Assembly: GCA_028534125.1 (NCBI GenBank)
Contig: CM052816.1
Span: forward strand, 34,722,001 to 34,786,000
Reading direction: 5' to 3'
Length of the DNA stretch: 64,000 bases
DNA from: Lama glama
Taxonomy: Eukaryota
Every line of letters starts with the position of its first letter. Position 1 is the stretch's first letter. The notes under the pieces are model-generated. The model had not been told where the DNA came from. It was given only the letters and a program-made list of their open reading frames with translations, and made no database searches. This document shows positions 11,625 to 24,083 of the stretch, piece after piece. A program made the position numbers and the translations under genes.

Positions 11625-12440
11625 TGAAAAATTGTTCAACCTAACTGATAATCAAAGAAATGCATATACCAAATAATAAAATTGGCCAAAATGTTTTAAA
11701 ATTATAGTATTTACTATTATTTAATGATAGTGCAAGGAAACAGGGACTCTCATAACATGCTGGTACTAGAATACTTCGACAAAACATTTCTAGAGGATGA
11801 TTTGCTAATGAAAAGCCTTCAATTAAACCAAACCAGGAAGTTTACTTCTAGGAATTTGTTCCTAGCAAATAATCAGAGATGTATCCACAGATATTCACTA
11901 TAGGATTATTTCAAATACTCCCCTCTCAAAGAAAGGGAACATAGCTGACAAATAATATTGGGGAAAAGTTAAACAAATTAACGGTATGTGCATATGATAG
12001 AATTCTATGAATCTATTAAAGAAAAACAATAGTCAAAGATTATCTCAACCTCAGTTCTCCACTGAGATCAGCTGTGAAACTTTTTAAAAATACCCATGTC
12101 TGGGTCTCTCTAAGGACCATCAAATCAATAGGCTGGGAGTAAGATCCAGTTTTCCATATTTTTAAAAATCCACACAGGTGATCTCATGAAGAATTTAAAA
12201 CCATTAAATACAGGACAATATATAACAACATGAGAACATGTTCCAGGCGTAATGGTAAGAGCAGAAAGCTTGTTATAATACAGTGAAACTTACTCAAATG
12301 CAGACCCAGAAAATAAATTGTAAGAATAGGTAGGTTTTAATCCCTGGGGAGTGGGACTATGGATGATTTTTTTCTTTTCTTCTTTCTCCCTCAATATACC
12401 TTCTAAATTTTCTATAACAAAAGTATATTCTTTTTAATTT
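11625..12440 (+). mobile_element. Old L1 (L1ME-like) 3' region interrupted by a MER5-type element
   Basis: tgttcaacctaactgataatcaaagaaatgca; ggaaacagggactctcata; cttctaggaatttgttcct; aaattaacggtat. Confidence 0.65.
12035..12200. mobile_element. MER5-family hAT-Charlie MITE
   Basis: tctcaacctcag ... tttttaaaaatacccatgtctggg ... atttttaaaaatccacacaggtgat. Confidence 0.6.
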
Positions 12441-13029
12441 CTAGAGAAAGAAAACATCTCTTCTTAGCTTATTTTGTCTTTTATGCCTGCTCAAGACCTT
12501 TTATAGCCTCATTCCTATCCTTCAATTCTCATTACCTGCTTTTAATTAGTTGTAGAAAACTCTTACTAGTTTCAGGGGCATCTAAAGTCTTAATTCTAAA
12601 ATCTGATGACATATTTTTTGTTTGTTTTATAACAAAGAAAACACTTTTAGCAACATGGAACACTGTAAAATTTTATCTGTTGGACTCTAGAAGCAGCACA
12701 AATGTGACTGAACAAGAAATACTTCACTTGCTCTTTTGTTTAAGAACAGTGTGTTCCCAAGGAAATAGCCACCACTTCCTTACCTACACGTTCAAGAGAT
12801 TAATAAAGAACAAAGGAAATGTTATCATTATCAGTATTAAAAAGGATTTTCCTATAATGTGCTATTAGCTTACAGCCTGCCTTTCTGATGAGAGAAACAA
12901 AAGCTACTATAAGGTTGTCTGTTTCCATTAATTCTGTCTAAATGAGTATCATCTTGGATTTTTAAAAAATTGGAAATGGAAAATTACTTTAATTGGGAAG
13001 TTTTTCTATCTAAGTCTCCCCATTAGTTT

Positions 13030-16000
13030 TATTCAAACAAAATTTTGTGGAAGTGATACATACAGACATAAACATGTAAAAGTCATTGTTGTTTAGCTTG
13101 AATAATTTCTATAATATGAACACAGCTTTGTTATTACCACAAAAATCAAGAAACAAAACCTTCACTGCACAGCAGAATCAACTTTTTCTCCCTGCCAGAC
13201 ACCAACCCTTTTACACCCCAAAGGTAACCACTATTCACACTAATACCACTGATTAGTCTTAACTATTTTTGAATTTTATATGAAAGGAATTATATAATAT
13301 TTACTCTTAACATTGTATTTGTGAGATTAATCCATGTTGTTATACATATCAGTCATTTGTTCTTTTTTATTGCAGCATAGTATTTCTTTATATAAATATA
13401 GTACAATGTATTTATCCATTCACTGTTGATAGACTTATGAGTTATCCTCAGGTTTGGACTACTATGAGCGATGCTGCTGTTAACTTTTTTGTATATATTT
13501 TTGGCATACATATGTATATATTTCTGTTAGGCATGTATGTAGAAGTTGAATTTCTGAGTCAAAAGAGGCCACAGTTGATCTTTAGTATCTACTGCAAAAA
13601 AGTTTTCCAAAGTGATTGTACCAGGAAAAAATGAAAGTTCTAGTTGCTTCACATCTTTGCCAACTTGCCATATTGTGAGTCTTTTTAAAACTAACCAGTC
13701 TGAAAAAAAAAAAAAGATTACACTGTATAGCACAGGGAAATATACACAAAATGTTATGATAAATCACAGAGAAAAAAATATGACAATGAGTGTGTATATG
13801 TCCATGAGTGACTGAAAAATTGTGCTGAACACTGGAATTTGACACAACATTGTAAAATGATTATAAATCAATAAAAAATGTTAAAAAAAAAAAACTAACC
13901 AGTCTGGGAGGTATGTATACCATTGTTGTTTTATTTTGTATGTCCCTAGTGATTAATGATGTTAGATAGTTTGTCATAAGTTTATTTAGATAGTCTCTTT
14001 TGTGAATTACCTGTTTCAGATTTTGCCTATTTTTAAAAATTGGTTTGTTTGGCTTTTTATTTTTAAATCTAGGACTCCTTTATATATCTTCTTACAAATC
14101 TTTGCTTTTATATACTGCAAATATATCTTCTACTTTGTGAGTTTATCTCTTTTTCTTAATGGTTTCCTTTGATGAACAGAATTTCATGTTAATATGGTCA
14201 AATTGATTAATCTTATCTTTTATAGATGGCATTTTTTCTGTACTGTTTAGAAGTTTTTGCCTCTTTCAAAGTCAAAAAGGTATTTTTTCTATATTATCAC
14301 CCTAAAACTTTATTAGTTTACCTTTCTTGTTTAGACCAACAGCCCATCTTGAATTTATTATTTCTAAGTGTAAGTTAGAGGTAAAGACTCAATTATTAAG
14401 AGTTATCCATTGACTCACCACTATTTTTTGACAAGAATATTTCCCCCGATTTCTCTACATTGACAACTTTGTAAAATATCAGGTGTCCTTGTATGTGGCA
14501 TGGGTACTGAATTATATTTTGTTTCATTTACGTATTTGTTTACCCTTGCACCAGTGTCACCCTGCCATAATTACTATCCTGTCGTTTGCTCACATAACCT
14601 CCAATTTTGGTCTTCTTCAAAACTGTCTTGCCCATCTTAGGACTTTTATATTTCCACCTCCATTTTAGAAGATTCTTGTCAACTTTCACCCCCTCTAAAA
14701 ATCACACAAAAAATAGATTTTGGCTGGGATTGCACTGAATCTGTAAATAAGATAGAGAATATTTGCATCTTTATATTATTATAGCTTCCAGTGCTTGAAT
14801 GTTATATATCCCTTTATTTACTTACATCATATTCATTTTCTCTAAATAATGTTTTAAAGTGTGTGTGAGTGAGTGAGTATGTGTAGAACTCTTGTACATC
14901 TGTCTTTAGATTTATTTTTAGGTATTTGAATTTTATGCTACTTTAAATATTCTTGAAAATTTTATTTTCTAATTGCCTATTGCTTATAAATAGAAATAAA
15001 AATGGTTTTGTATAATGCTCTAGTATCAAGAAACGTCTATATTCACTTATTAATTCCAATAGTGTATCTAAAGATTGTTTGGAGCTTTCATCGTACATAG
15101 TCAAACTGACTGAATAATGACAGTTTCTTTTCCAATCCTGACATCTTCTACTAATTTTCCTGACTTGCTGCCCCTGCTAGAAGGTCTAAGACAATGCTGA
15201 ATAACAGTATAGGTAGCAGATGTCCTTGTCTCATTCCCAGCATCAGGAGGATGCTTTTCCTCTTTCAGTATGTAGTATGATACTAGCTGTAGGTTCTTTT
15301 GGTGCATAGACTTTGTTAAATTAAGGAAGTTTCCTTCTATTCCTATTTTGCTAAGAGTTTTTTTTATTATGAATGAGTATTATAGTTCATCAAATATTTC
15401 TAATTTATCTATTGAGGTATAATATGGTTTTTCATTTTTCTTCTATTAAAGCAGTGAATTATACTGATTGATTCTTGTATAACTAAACCAAACTTACATT
15501 GTTAACCATGCTGTTTAGCTCCATTTGTTTATCACTGAATTTAGTTTGCTAGCATTTTGTTTAGGATTATTTTGTATCTATATTCATGAATGAGATTGAC
15601 TATAATTTTTCTTTTTTTGTAATACTCGTGTAGGATTTTGCTCTCAAGATTATGCTAGCCTCAAAAAATAAGCTGACAATGTTGTTTTCTGTTCTCTGGA
15701 AGTGTTTATGTAAGATTACTATTACTTTGTCCTTTAATGTTTAGAAGAATTCATTAGTGATACCATCTGGGCCTGGAGTTGTTTTTCATGAGATAAGTTT
15801 TAAATAGAAATTTGATTACTTATATTAGATATGGGAATATTCATATTTTTCTTACATTGTACATAGTCATATTTTTCTTACATTGTTTTTTGAAAAGTTG
15901 TGTTTTTCTACCAGCTTGCCCATTTTATTTGATTTTTCAATTTGTCGGCAAAAATACTATTAATACTATTCAGCTGTGTGTTTGTAACAAATGAATTCAT

Positions 16001-17410
16001 AGTAATGTCACTATTTCTGCAAAGTGATATTAGAAATTCTCTCTCTCTCATTCTCTCTCTCATCATTCTTGCCAGGGGTTTATCTTTCTTACTAACCTTT
16101 TCAAAGGACCAACTTTTACATTTGTTTATTCTCATTATTGTATTTGTTGCTATTCCATTTTTTTTGCACTTTTATGTGTTTCTTCTATTTTTTGGGTCTC
16201 TATTGGTGTTCTTTTTTTCTTTACCTTTTGAAGTATATACTTAAATCATTGATTTTCAGCCTTTCCTTTTTTGAAATATATGCACTAAAAGCTATAAATT
16301 TCCCTTTAAACATAAGTTTTAGCTGCATTCTGTAAGATTTTATATGTTCTATTTTATTATACTTCAGTCCAAAGTATTTTCTAATTTTTATTGTGATCTC
16401 CTCTTTAACCAAGATATTATAAATAAATATACTTTAAATCACTGGGCATTTGGTGATTTCCTATTTCTTAAATAGATTTTTAGCTTAATTTCACTATGGA
16501 CAGAGAATATGCCCACTATTAATGTCCTTTGAAACTTGTAGACACATGTTTTATGGTCTAGTGTAGCTCAGCTTGTAAATAATTCTAAAGCATTGGAACA
16601 TAATTTATATTCTAAAGTTTTGGGTAGAGTTTCTGAGATGTATCAATAAGTTCCATTTTGTAAATCTTGTTAAATTGTCTATATTCTAGCTAACTTTGTA
16701 TACTTTTTCAGTTTGTTACTGAGAAACGTGATTAAAGTCTACCTCTGTGATTGTGGGTTTTTTATTTCCTCCTTTCATGTCTGTTAATTTTTACTTTGTA
16801 AATGTCAAAGCTATGATAATGAATGTTTATGAATTAGTAGTTGTTATGTGTGAGATTGGTATGTTCAACTATAATTGTTGAATTGTCTTTTATTCCAGAA
16901 TATATGCTTTACATATTATGGACCTCTATTATTAGATGTGTATACATTTATAGTTGTTAAATCTTCCTGAAATCTTTAATATATAAAGTACATATTTTAT
17001 AAAATATCTTCTTTGTCTCTAGTAATAATTCTTTCTTAAAATCTATTTTGTCTGTTGTTAATATAGTTACTTCAGCTTTCTTATTGTTACTTTTGCATGG
17101 CTCCCTTGCACCTACTGTTTGTTGACATCATTCCACTGTCCTTTAATGTTCATTATTTCTATTGTGAAGTCAGGTTAAGGTCTTTGTTGCCGTTTTCATC
17201 GTGTCTTTTTTTCTCTGGCTGTTTTTAAATTTTTCTCTTTATCTTTGATTTTCAATTGTCCTACAGTGATAAGCATATGTGTGCTTTGCTTTGTGTCTAA
17301 CCTGTTTCTTTGTAGCATCTGCTGAATTTGTTGCTTCATATCTTTCATCAGTTTTAGAAAATTCATGGTTATTTTCTTTTCAGTTATTCCTTTGATTTCA
17401 TTTTCTCTCT
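13030..17410 (-). mobile_element. Old L1 (L1MD/L1ME-like), 3'UTR through ORF2 into ORF1, decayed
   Basis: ORF track remnants KSWSFEKVSKKDKPLAR (15908-16135), KGKFIAFSAYISKKERLKINDL (16221-16412) and KDKEKNLKTAREK (17196-17441). Confidence 0.85.
13703..13890 (+). mobile_element. Young camelid-type L1 3'-end insertion
   Basis: Perfect 16-bp TSD aaaactaaccagtctg 13687-13702 / 13891-13906; AATAAA and A-tail. Confidence 0.95.
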
Positions 17411-18358
17411 CCCAAACTGTTTTCCAGAGTGAATGCACCATTCACTATTCACACCAGCAATGTATGAGTGATCCAGTTTCTCTGTACTCTTACCAACATT
17501 TTATGTTGTTAACAATGTTTTAGTCATTCTATTAGGTATATAATGATATCTCATTGTAATTATAATTTGCATTTCCCTAATGGCTAATAATGTTGAATAA
17601 TTTTTATGTGCTTTTCCCATCTCTGTGTCCTCTTTGGTGAAATGTCTCTTCATTTCATTTAGGATTGCTATATCTTTTTGGTGAATTGACCTTTTAAGCA
17701 TTATGTAATATCCCTCTTTGTTTCTGTTAATATTCTTTGCTCTGAAGTCTATTTTATCTGATATTAACATAACTGCTTTCTTTTGATAAATGTTTATAAG
17801 ATATATCTTTCAGCCTTTTAATTTCAACCTGCCTATATTACTATATTTGAAGTGAATTTCTTTTAAGTAGCATCTATGAATCATGTTTTTTAATCTACTC
17901 TGATAATCTCTGCTTTTAATGTTGTATCTAAACTATTTATATTTAATGTACTCATTGATATATTAGGAGTCAAGTTGGCCATTTTTTGTTTTCTCTTTGT
18001 TCACTCTCTTTTTGTTTTCTCTTTGTTCACTCTCTTTTTGTTTGTCTTTTTTTTTCTTTTCCTCCTTGTAGATTACTTGAGAATTCTTTAGAACTTCATT
18101 TTGACTTATCTAAAGTGTTTTTGAGTGTATCTCTAAATGTAGCTTTTTTGGTGGTTACTCTAAGGATTGCATTGTATAACATAACTTATCACACAATCTG
18201 CTTGTGTTGTTCCTTGGGACCCAAGGTCGCTATATGGTCTGCCTGCTTCTCTTTACCTTTCAGTGTCTTCTTATATTTGTTTTATGTGTAAAGGTCAGAG
18301 TCTTAATTTTTACTTAGTGAAAATTATGTCTATTCCATGATCCCAGAAGTGTAAGTCA
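17411..18358 (-). mobile_element. Composite of L1 fragments (ORF2 C-terminus, endonuclease domain, 5' end)
   Basis: ORF 17501-17770 fuses LISDKIDFRAK...GYYIMLKRSIHQKDI (endonuclease) to RHFTKED...IREMQI...MRYHY (C-terminus); tcccagaagtgtaagtc resembles an old L1 5' terminus. Confidence 0.7.
17983..18043. repeat. Perfect 26-bp tandem duplication
   Basis: tttttgttttctctttgttcactctc x2 plus a partial third copy. Confidence 0.85.
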
Positions 18359-18389
18359 GTACAAATATAAGTATGTATTTCATCATATC

Positions 18390-18795
18390 TAAATTTAGCT
18401 CAGTTCCACCATCCCCCTAAACTGCTCCCTGTCCCTTTTGGTCAATACTTTCCAATCCCAGCTGATCTATTTTCTGTCCCTATAGTTTGTCTTTTCCATA
18501 ATGTCATATAAATAGAATTACCCAGCTTGTAACCTTTTGAGACTGGATTCTTTTTTTTTTTCATAGTAATCACACTTTTAATATAAATTTGAAAAGATAT
18601 TTGGTACAGCATATATATTTTAAATCAAATATTTTCAATAGCTGAAAGGCTGGGAAAATACAATTCTTTAAGTATCTCTTAAGAATAGTTAGGTAACTAC
18701 CTAGAATACAGCTGTGGATCAGACTGATCTGTGATCATGGCAATATTCTACATCTGTGATGTCCAATATGGTAGCCTCTAAGGTATTTTGCCTAT

Positions 18796-18826
<31 letters not shown>

Positions 18827-19900
18827 TCTAACATTTTTTATTGAGTTATAGTTATTTTACAATGTTGTGTCAAATTCCAGGGTAGAGCACAATTTTTCAG
18901 TTATACATGAACATACATGTATTTATTGTCACATTTTCTTTTGCTGTGAGCTACCACAAGATCTTGTATATATTTCCCTGTGCTATACAGTATAATCTGG
19001 TTTATCTATTCTGTATATGCCTGTCAGTATCTATCAATTTTGAAATCCCAGTCTGTCGAGACTGTATTCTTTACCTTAGCGTAGTGCATTTGAGAGTCAG
19101 CCATGTTGTGTGTATTGGTAGATTGTTCTTTTCTGTTGTGGGATAGTATTCCATTGCACTGCAGTTTGTTTCTCCATTCCCAGTTGAAGGATATTTGGGT
19201 TGTTTCTACTTTGGGGTGATTACAAATAAAGCCACTATAAACATCATATACAAAATTTGTGTGAACATAAATTTTCATTTGACTTGGGAAAATAAATAGA
19301 AATGGTATTTGTAGGTCTCATTTTAAGTGTATGTTTAATTTTATAAGAAATAGAAAATTTTTTTATTTCCCCCAAGTGTCTGTACCATTTTCCAGTCCCA
19401 CCAGCAATATATGAGTACCAGTGGCTTTAAGTTCTTCCTTCCAAGTATTTGGTCTTATCTTTTTTGTGTGTGTGCCATTTTAACTAGAGTGTGTGATATC
19501 TCATTATGATTTTAACTTATATTTCCCTAATGACTAAGGATATTTAGCATTTTTCATGTCCTTAGTTGTCATCTGTTTATTGTCTTTGGTGAAGTCTCCT
19601 TTCAAATCTTTTGCCCATTTTTAATTAGATAATTTGTTTTCTTGTTATTGAGTTTTGAGGGATCTTTACATATTCTGGATACAAGTCTTTTATCAGAAAT
19701 GTGATTTACAAATATTTTGCCTCATTCTAAAACTTCTCTTTTTATTTTCTTTACATTGTCTTTCAAAGAGCAGGCAGTTTCAATTTTGAAAAATCCGATA
19801 TAGCAATTTGTTCTCTGATGGACTGTGCTTTTTATATCATAGCCAAGAAATCTGTGCCTAACCTCAGCTCACAAAGACTTTCTTCTATTCTTTTTTTCAT
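18390..19900 (-). mobile_element. L1MB-like 3' region, host of the transduction insertion
   Basis: gtaaccttttgagactgg|...|ttagcgtagtgcatttgagag reads continuously across the insert; ORF2 C-terminal motifs follow. Confidence 0.8.
18554..19057 (-). mobile_element. Camelid-type L1 3' fragment with about 230 bp 3'-transduced flank and a second poly(A)
   Basis: TSD gagactggattcttt 18539-18553 / gagactgtattcttt 19058-19072; L1 3'UTR about 18828-19057; (TAAA)n tail 18793-18827; non-L1 DNA 18562-18792; ATTAAA 18577-18582; poly(A) 18551-18561. Confidence 0.85.
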
Positions 19901-19919
19901 GGAAATTTTTAAATTAAGT

Positions 19920-20480
19920 TCCAAGCCTTCTTTTTGAAAGATTTATAAAGATAATTTGAGGCTCTGAGTGATGTCAACTTCCTCCTAGAGAGAATATACT
20001 TCAGTTTCTGTTAGGCAATTAGGCTAGAGGCAGATCATTTTAATCTCATTGAGGATTGAGATGACTCAAATCTTAGATTCAGTTTTTGTGAGGGCAGGTA
20101 TATTCCTTGTTTGCCCTTAAGTTTAAGGCTTCACTGGAGCTCACTGAAAGCATAGGGTTTTTATCAGCCTCCTGTCTGGTGGATCTTAAACTCAAATTTT
20201 TGTCTCATTAGCCTGTAAGCCTGCCAAAAGTTCTGCTTAGTTTTTCTTCATTTCACCCATTGTTTATAAATCAGCAAATGAAATGTTCGGCCGAATGTCA
20301 GGCTCTCTCTGTGCTTTCCTTATCTTCAGCATTGCAGCCCCTCAAGCACAGAGAGAAAGTTCTTGGAAGCTCTTGGATAGCTTCAAAAATTTTCTTTATC
20401 CAGCTTTCATAATTTTAGTCATTGAGAGGGGGGATTGTTCTGATATAAGCTAGTCTGACATAGCCAAAAGCAGAACTCCT
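19920..20480 (-). mobile_element. Old L1 5' region fragment
   Basis: atttgaggctctgag ... cttcctcctagagagaat ... tttatccagctttcataatt ... gccaaaagcagaactcc resemble L1M 5' sequence. Confidence 0.5.
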
Positions 20481-22369
20481 CCCCACCAATCTTTCACATT
20501 GACTATTCTAGAAGTTTATTGTTAACTCAGAGTCTCAGAGATTAACTTTTCTTTTAAGCAATTTAGCCTATATTGAGAGATGAGACATTATAAACCTATA
20601 GGTTCACATAAATGTGGGAGATGATGTCATTTCCCTGTGGAAGCGGAGGTGAAGAAGAGTGAGTCTCTCTCCAGTGCTTCTGGGAGAATGTTTTACCAAC
20701 TTAGAATGAGAAAAGCTGGTACTTAACCACCTGCACAAGCTTAATGTAACAACTTTCTTTACCTAAGTAGCATCAAAACTTAATTACTTTCTCTTTCAAT
20801 CATTTTCTGTGTTTCTTTCCCCACCTCCTTATGTCCTCAAAAGGGCTGCCACAAGCAAACAAATCTGTCAAGTAATATCTAGTGTTCCATCCAGGACTTC
20901 ATAGTGTTGTTCCCTAGGAGGATCCAGGGGGAAGGAATTTGGCTTCAAAGTGTCAGATGACAGAGATAAAGCTTCCACAGTCAACATTAAATCTTTGATA
21001 GCAGCTCAAAAATAATTGAAATAGGAAATACCAGATATGAGTGCACATGTACTGGCTTCGAAATCGAAAGTCAAATCCTTCTAAGAATCCTGAATGGAGA
21101 TGCACCGACAGTTGGAACAAGTCTTGTGAGATTATAAGTAAAGTGACTGGAGGTAGGTTTTACACAAGATACAGAAATAGAAAAAAGAAAATAGAAGAAA
21201 GAAAGAAAAAGGATAAAGGGGGAAATCATGAAGGTAGCAGAAATGTTTAGGTTGTAAGAAGAAATGAAAGATTTAGCTTAATAATAAGCAGCTTGACTAA
21301 GAAATGGCTAAAATTAAGATTCATAAAGTATGGACATTCTGAGCTTTCTAAATTGAGTATCTTTAAAAGATGGGTGGCATATATAATCAGTGTCCATTTA
21401 CTCCACACAGAGGACAAAATCGTTGGGATTAATTGAACCAAAAAAGTTTGGAATTCCAGCTCTGCTTTTAATTAATGGAGTGACCTGGGGAAGGTCACTT
21501 ATTTTCTCAAGGCTTCTGCAAAATGGCAGATTTTCAATGAGTCATCTTTTCGGATCTTAAAGGTCTGTATGGATATAACCCAACTTTAATTATTGATACA
21601 AGCAAGTATTGGACTTATATTTTCGTTGACATTTTGCATTCAATAAAATTTACTGTGGTGGTATTTAGGCTTCTTTTTAAAAAAAATCATAGAAATATGA
21701 ATTATGCAACATATTCTTTTCTCCTGATCATCAGTCCTTTAATATATACAAATCGAACTGTAAATACAAATACATACAATTTGCAGAGAACCTGGATTCC
21801 TAAGCCTAATTGCCCATGGAAGTCATTACCTCAGACTCATACTGAGCTAAGTTTTGTGGATAATTTCACCCCCTGTGTAGTCACTTTTGGCTGAGTGTAT
21901 ATTTACCTCACTCAAGAAGAAAAGAGATTTTATCACCAAATATTTGTGGAGAAACTAAAATTTCATATCAGCAGTTTTAAAAGATACAATGTTAACTCCA
22001 TCCCTTACCTGGTGTCACCTTAATTCTTTTTTCATTATTATAGTTCTAGTTTGAAACAAAAATCTAAACCACTGAAGTCATAAAAACTCAAAACCAACCT
22101 ATAAAACTGATCCTAGAAACGTTCATGCTTCTTTCAGAGATGTTACAGTGATTTATCTTATTTTTAAAGTCCTACCCACTCACTTAAAAGGCAGCTAACA
22201 CTAGTATACCTATCTGCAATTATCTTCAAATTTCACAAACACCATTTAGTGACATTAAGAGGAGGCAGTGGTCTTTGAAGACAACACAAGCCAACTCTAA
22301 CATCACATAGTTAAGGAAAGTTAAGGAATCAGAAACCCCAAATCCAAGAAAACATAAGACAACCTAGTC

Positions 22370-22458
22370 CATGTGTGTCTTGTTCACTGGTGTTGCTTGG
22401 TACCTGGTACAGTGCCCGGCACATGGTAAGCGCTCCATCACTATATCAAGTGAAGGAA
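22370..22458 (+). mobile_element. L2 3' terminal fragment
   Basis: tgtcttgttcactg ... acagtgcccggcacatggtaagcgctc. Confidence 0.7.
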
Positions 22459-22799
22459 CTTAGGAGAGAAGGAAAACTAAACAGAGGAAGGATCATCTGT
22501 TTCAAAGATCAAGGGAGGCAGCATAGCAGAAGGGATCTGAGTAGATGGCTTTGAGGGACACAAATGTAACAGAACACATTCTTCAGGGGAAGATGGGGAA
22601 AGCAGTCACAGATCTAACCATGTATAACTAAAAGTCATCCAACTTACCTCAAGGCTAAGTAGTATTTTTATTTTAAAGGTATTTTTCAAAATTTGTATAC
22701 AAAGAGCTACTAGCACTGTTTCTTTAGTCAGGTAGATGTGTTGGATAATCTGTTCAAGAAAGATCGCTTAGTCTAACCTCATGAAGCCTGTATTCTTCA

Positions 22800-22970
22800 C
22801 TTACTGATGGGGGCCTGAGTGGCACATATTGAGGCCGTATTTCTAGATCAGTGCAGTTTTGAGCAGACACGGCAAGAGTGGCAACCTGCAGAATTTTTGC
22901 AGGTGACTCAGCAGTGCTTTCCAGGGTGCAATTGAGGCAAAAGGAAAGAGCTAGTGCATGCATGCACTCT
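22800..22970. promoter_or_regulatory. Candidate enhancer with a consensus ARE/MARE and a 16-bp palindrome
   Basis: GTGACTCAGCA at 22903-22913; AGTGCATGCATGCACT at 22953-22968; minus-strand GTAAGT at 22799-22804. Confidence 0.35.
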
Positions 22971-23024
22971 CAAAGATTTGGCGAGACTGTTTCAGTACCT
23001 GGCATTTTAAATGTGTTCTATTTT

Positions 23025-23270
23025 AAAAACACTTAAATAGTGTTTACTGTGTCCCAGGCATTGTTCTAAGCAGCTCATAGATCTGAACCCAGTGACTCTC
23101 AAAATGACCCTATAAGGTAGATACTGTCCTTGCCTTATAGATGAGGAAACTGAGACATGAAGTTAAATAACTCACTCCACTCCAGGTCATCAGCTAGTAA
23201 GTGGCAACATCAGGATTTGATGCAGTCTGGCCCATGCATCCCTGGCGACTTTCAAACACAATGTCATGCT
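23025..23270 (-). mobile_element. MIR SINE
   Basis: gtgtttactgtgtcccaggcattgttctaag ... ttatagatgaggaaactgagaca ... cagctagtaagtggca. Confidence 0.85.
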
Positions 23271-23689
23271 TGCTCCCTGATGTGAGGAGTGGGATAGGGA
23301 CCCAAAGGAAATAAAGCCGGTCTTTTCTCTCTGCTTGACCTTCCCCAGCAGGCTCTTGTGGAAGAACAGGGCTTGGTCTAAGCTAAGCCTTTCATTCCTA
23401 TATTCAACATCCCTTCGTTTGAACCATCACTAATTGTGCTCAAAAAGTGATGCGTGAGTTGTGTGTGGGAACCAGTTACTTCATGGACACTGTGTTGTCC
23501 ATTGGTAATGGAAATTGTCCTCTTCCCTGATTGGCAGTAGGCAGGGGACCTGGGGCTCTTCATGGAGGGCCTTGGGAAGCTTGGCTGACAAATGCAGTGA
23601 ATGAATATTCAGAAGCTAAGCTGGTAAATTGTTCAGGCTCACAAGTGTGGAGATTGCCTAATTAAAGTGAGCGGCTGAAAGAGAAGAAA

Positions 23690-23920
23690 ATGCTAGCTCA
23701 TGTGTGTCTAGCACAATTACGTGCTGAGCATTTTACCTGCATTAGCTCATTTAACTCTCATAATAATCAGAGGAAGTTAAAAACTATTATCCACTTTGAA
23801 GTTGAAGTCTTAGAGTCTGGGAGGGTTAACGATTTTGCCCAAGGTCTCACAGCTTCTGTAAACAGCAAAGGTGGGGTTAGACCTCTTGTCTGAGACCCAA
23901 ACCAGGCCCTTCCTACCAAA
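23690..23920 (-). mobile_element. MIR SINE
   Basis: gcattttacctgcattagctcatttaactctc ... gagggttaacgattttgcccaaggtctcacagc. Confidence 0.8.
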
Positions 23921-24044
23921 TACTGCATCAGGAGAGCTGAAAGATCTGAGCTGAAGGCAGATGTGCTGTGGACTCCAGTACAGCGATAAGGAGCACGATG
24001 CAGGCTCCTTGCCAGGGCTGGAAAGGAAGCAAGAAGCAAGCTGT

Positions 24045-24083
24045 GCATTGGTAGTACAGTGGTGAGCATAGCTGCCTTCCAAG
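24045..24083 (+). pseudogene. Tailless retropseudogene: 5' half of tRNA-Gly(TCC)
   Basis: GCATTGGTAGTACAGTGGTGAGCATAGCTGCCTTCCAAG matches 36/39 nt of the recalled mammalian tRNA-Gly-TCC 5' half and stops at the anticodon loop; perfect direct repeat caagaagcaagctg 24030-24043 / 24080-24093. Confidence 0.9.
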
